Origin: Vitrella brassicaformis CCMP3155
Taxonomy: Eukaryota; Protista; Chromerida
DNA: 6,398 bases
Reading direction: 5' to 3'
Assembly: GCA_001179505.1 (NCBI GenBank)
Contig: CDMY01001006.1
Coordinates: 1 to 6,398 of the forward strand
Part shown: positions 5,813-6,398 of the stretch, piece after piece
Layout of the letters: every line of letters begins with the position of its first letter
How positions within the stretch are numbered: position 1 is the stretch's first letter
Translations under genes and position numbers: made by a program
The notes under the pieces: generated by a model
What the model was told of the DNA's origin: nothing
Seen by the model: the letters and a program-made list of their open reading frames with translations, nothing else
The model's database searches: none

Positions 5813-6398
5813 ATGTCGGCTGCGGCTGATGGGGCTGGTGGAACTACCGACGAGCCGTCCTCGTCGGCTGCTGCGTCGGCAGCTGCCAATGGTACCAAAG
5901 ACTTTTGCTGCGCAGAAGCACAACCATCCAGAAGCACATGTGCCGGGAATGCACCTTCTGCCCACCACCACCAGCAGCATGAGGGCCCCATCAGTGCCGC
6001 TCATGTGCCGCAAGATCTGGCCCCGACGGTTGCCGAGTACGTCAGGAGTTACTCACAGCTGGAGGCCCTCATCGACGCCCATCCCACCCAATTCACCGCC
6101 GCCGTCCTCCTGCCCATTCTCACCCGGCTGCTGTCCGCCGTGGTGGCCGCCATCTTTGGCGCTTTCGTGGAGGTGCCGATGCCTCAGCTGACCCAAGGTG
6201 CGGCCATCATTGTGGTCATCACACGTCGGCTCTTCATCCTCGAGAGGGGCGGCGATTGGGCCAGATGGCGGCCGCACTTGGAGATGCTGTACTTGCTGAG
6301 GGGAAGGAGTCCTTTGGTGCTGAGTGGCGACGACTTCGGTGTGTTCGCCACTCGCGCGGCCTTTGTGAGTGAGACGGAGGCCGTCCGGCAGTGGAAGA
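5813..6398 (+). CDS. Family copy 3, partial (open to window end)
   Basis: Acceptor GGGCAG at 5809 and ATG 5813. The frame is open to 6397: MSAAADGAGGTTDEPSSSAAASAAANGTKDFCCAEAQPSRSTCAGNAPSAHHHQQHEGPISAAHVPQDLAPTVAEYVRSYSQLEALIDAHPTQFTAAVLLPILTRLLSAVVAAIFGAFVEVPMPQLTQGAAIIVVITRRLFILERGGDWARWRPHLEMLYLLRGRSPLVLSGDDFGVFATRAAFVSETEAVRQWK. It is collinear with copy 1 apart from indels and is absent from the ORF track because no stop falls in the window. Confidence 0.8.
   Translation, partial: MSAAADGAGGTTDEPSSSAAASAAANGTKDFCCAEAQPSRSTCAGNAPSAHHHQQHEGPISAAHVPQDLAPTVAEYVRSYSQLEALIDAHPTQFTAAVLLPILTRLLSAVVAAIFGAFVEVPMPQLTQGAAIIVVITRRLFILERGGDWARWRPHLEMLYLLRGRSPLVLSGDDFGVFATRAAFVSETEAVRQWK

Overview
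GC-rich eukaryotic genomic DNA with short GT-AG introns and many TG/CA and CTGT microsatellites. It reads like a chromerid alveolate such as Vitrella, which is an inference from sequence style and not a database match. The ORF track hides the real spliced genes. (1) Three plus-strand paralogues of one uncharacterised family share the core SYSQLEALIDAHPTQFTAAVLLPILTRLL; copies 1 and 3 also share ERGGDWARWxPHLEMLYLLRG. Copy 1 (808-2316, 3 exons, 441 aa) is complete and begins with a 21-nt micro-exon encoding an N-myristoylation-type start, MGSQATK. Copy 2 (from 4943) is truncated at a tandem-duplication junction near 5287. Copy 3 (from 5813) runs off the window end and is a mosaic with internal deletions. 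(2) A minus-strand 5-exon gene (4270-3394), not visible as a single ORF, encodes a signal peptide, a pro-region ending RRLQ, a twin CX3CX3CX3C module and a second Cys-rich module; as given it has a 1-nt frameshift right after the signal peptide. (3) The divergent region between that gene and copy 2 holds a perfect 13-bp hairpin, and a 21-bp direct repeat lies upstream of copy 1. No RNA genes, CRISPR array or transposase were recognised.
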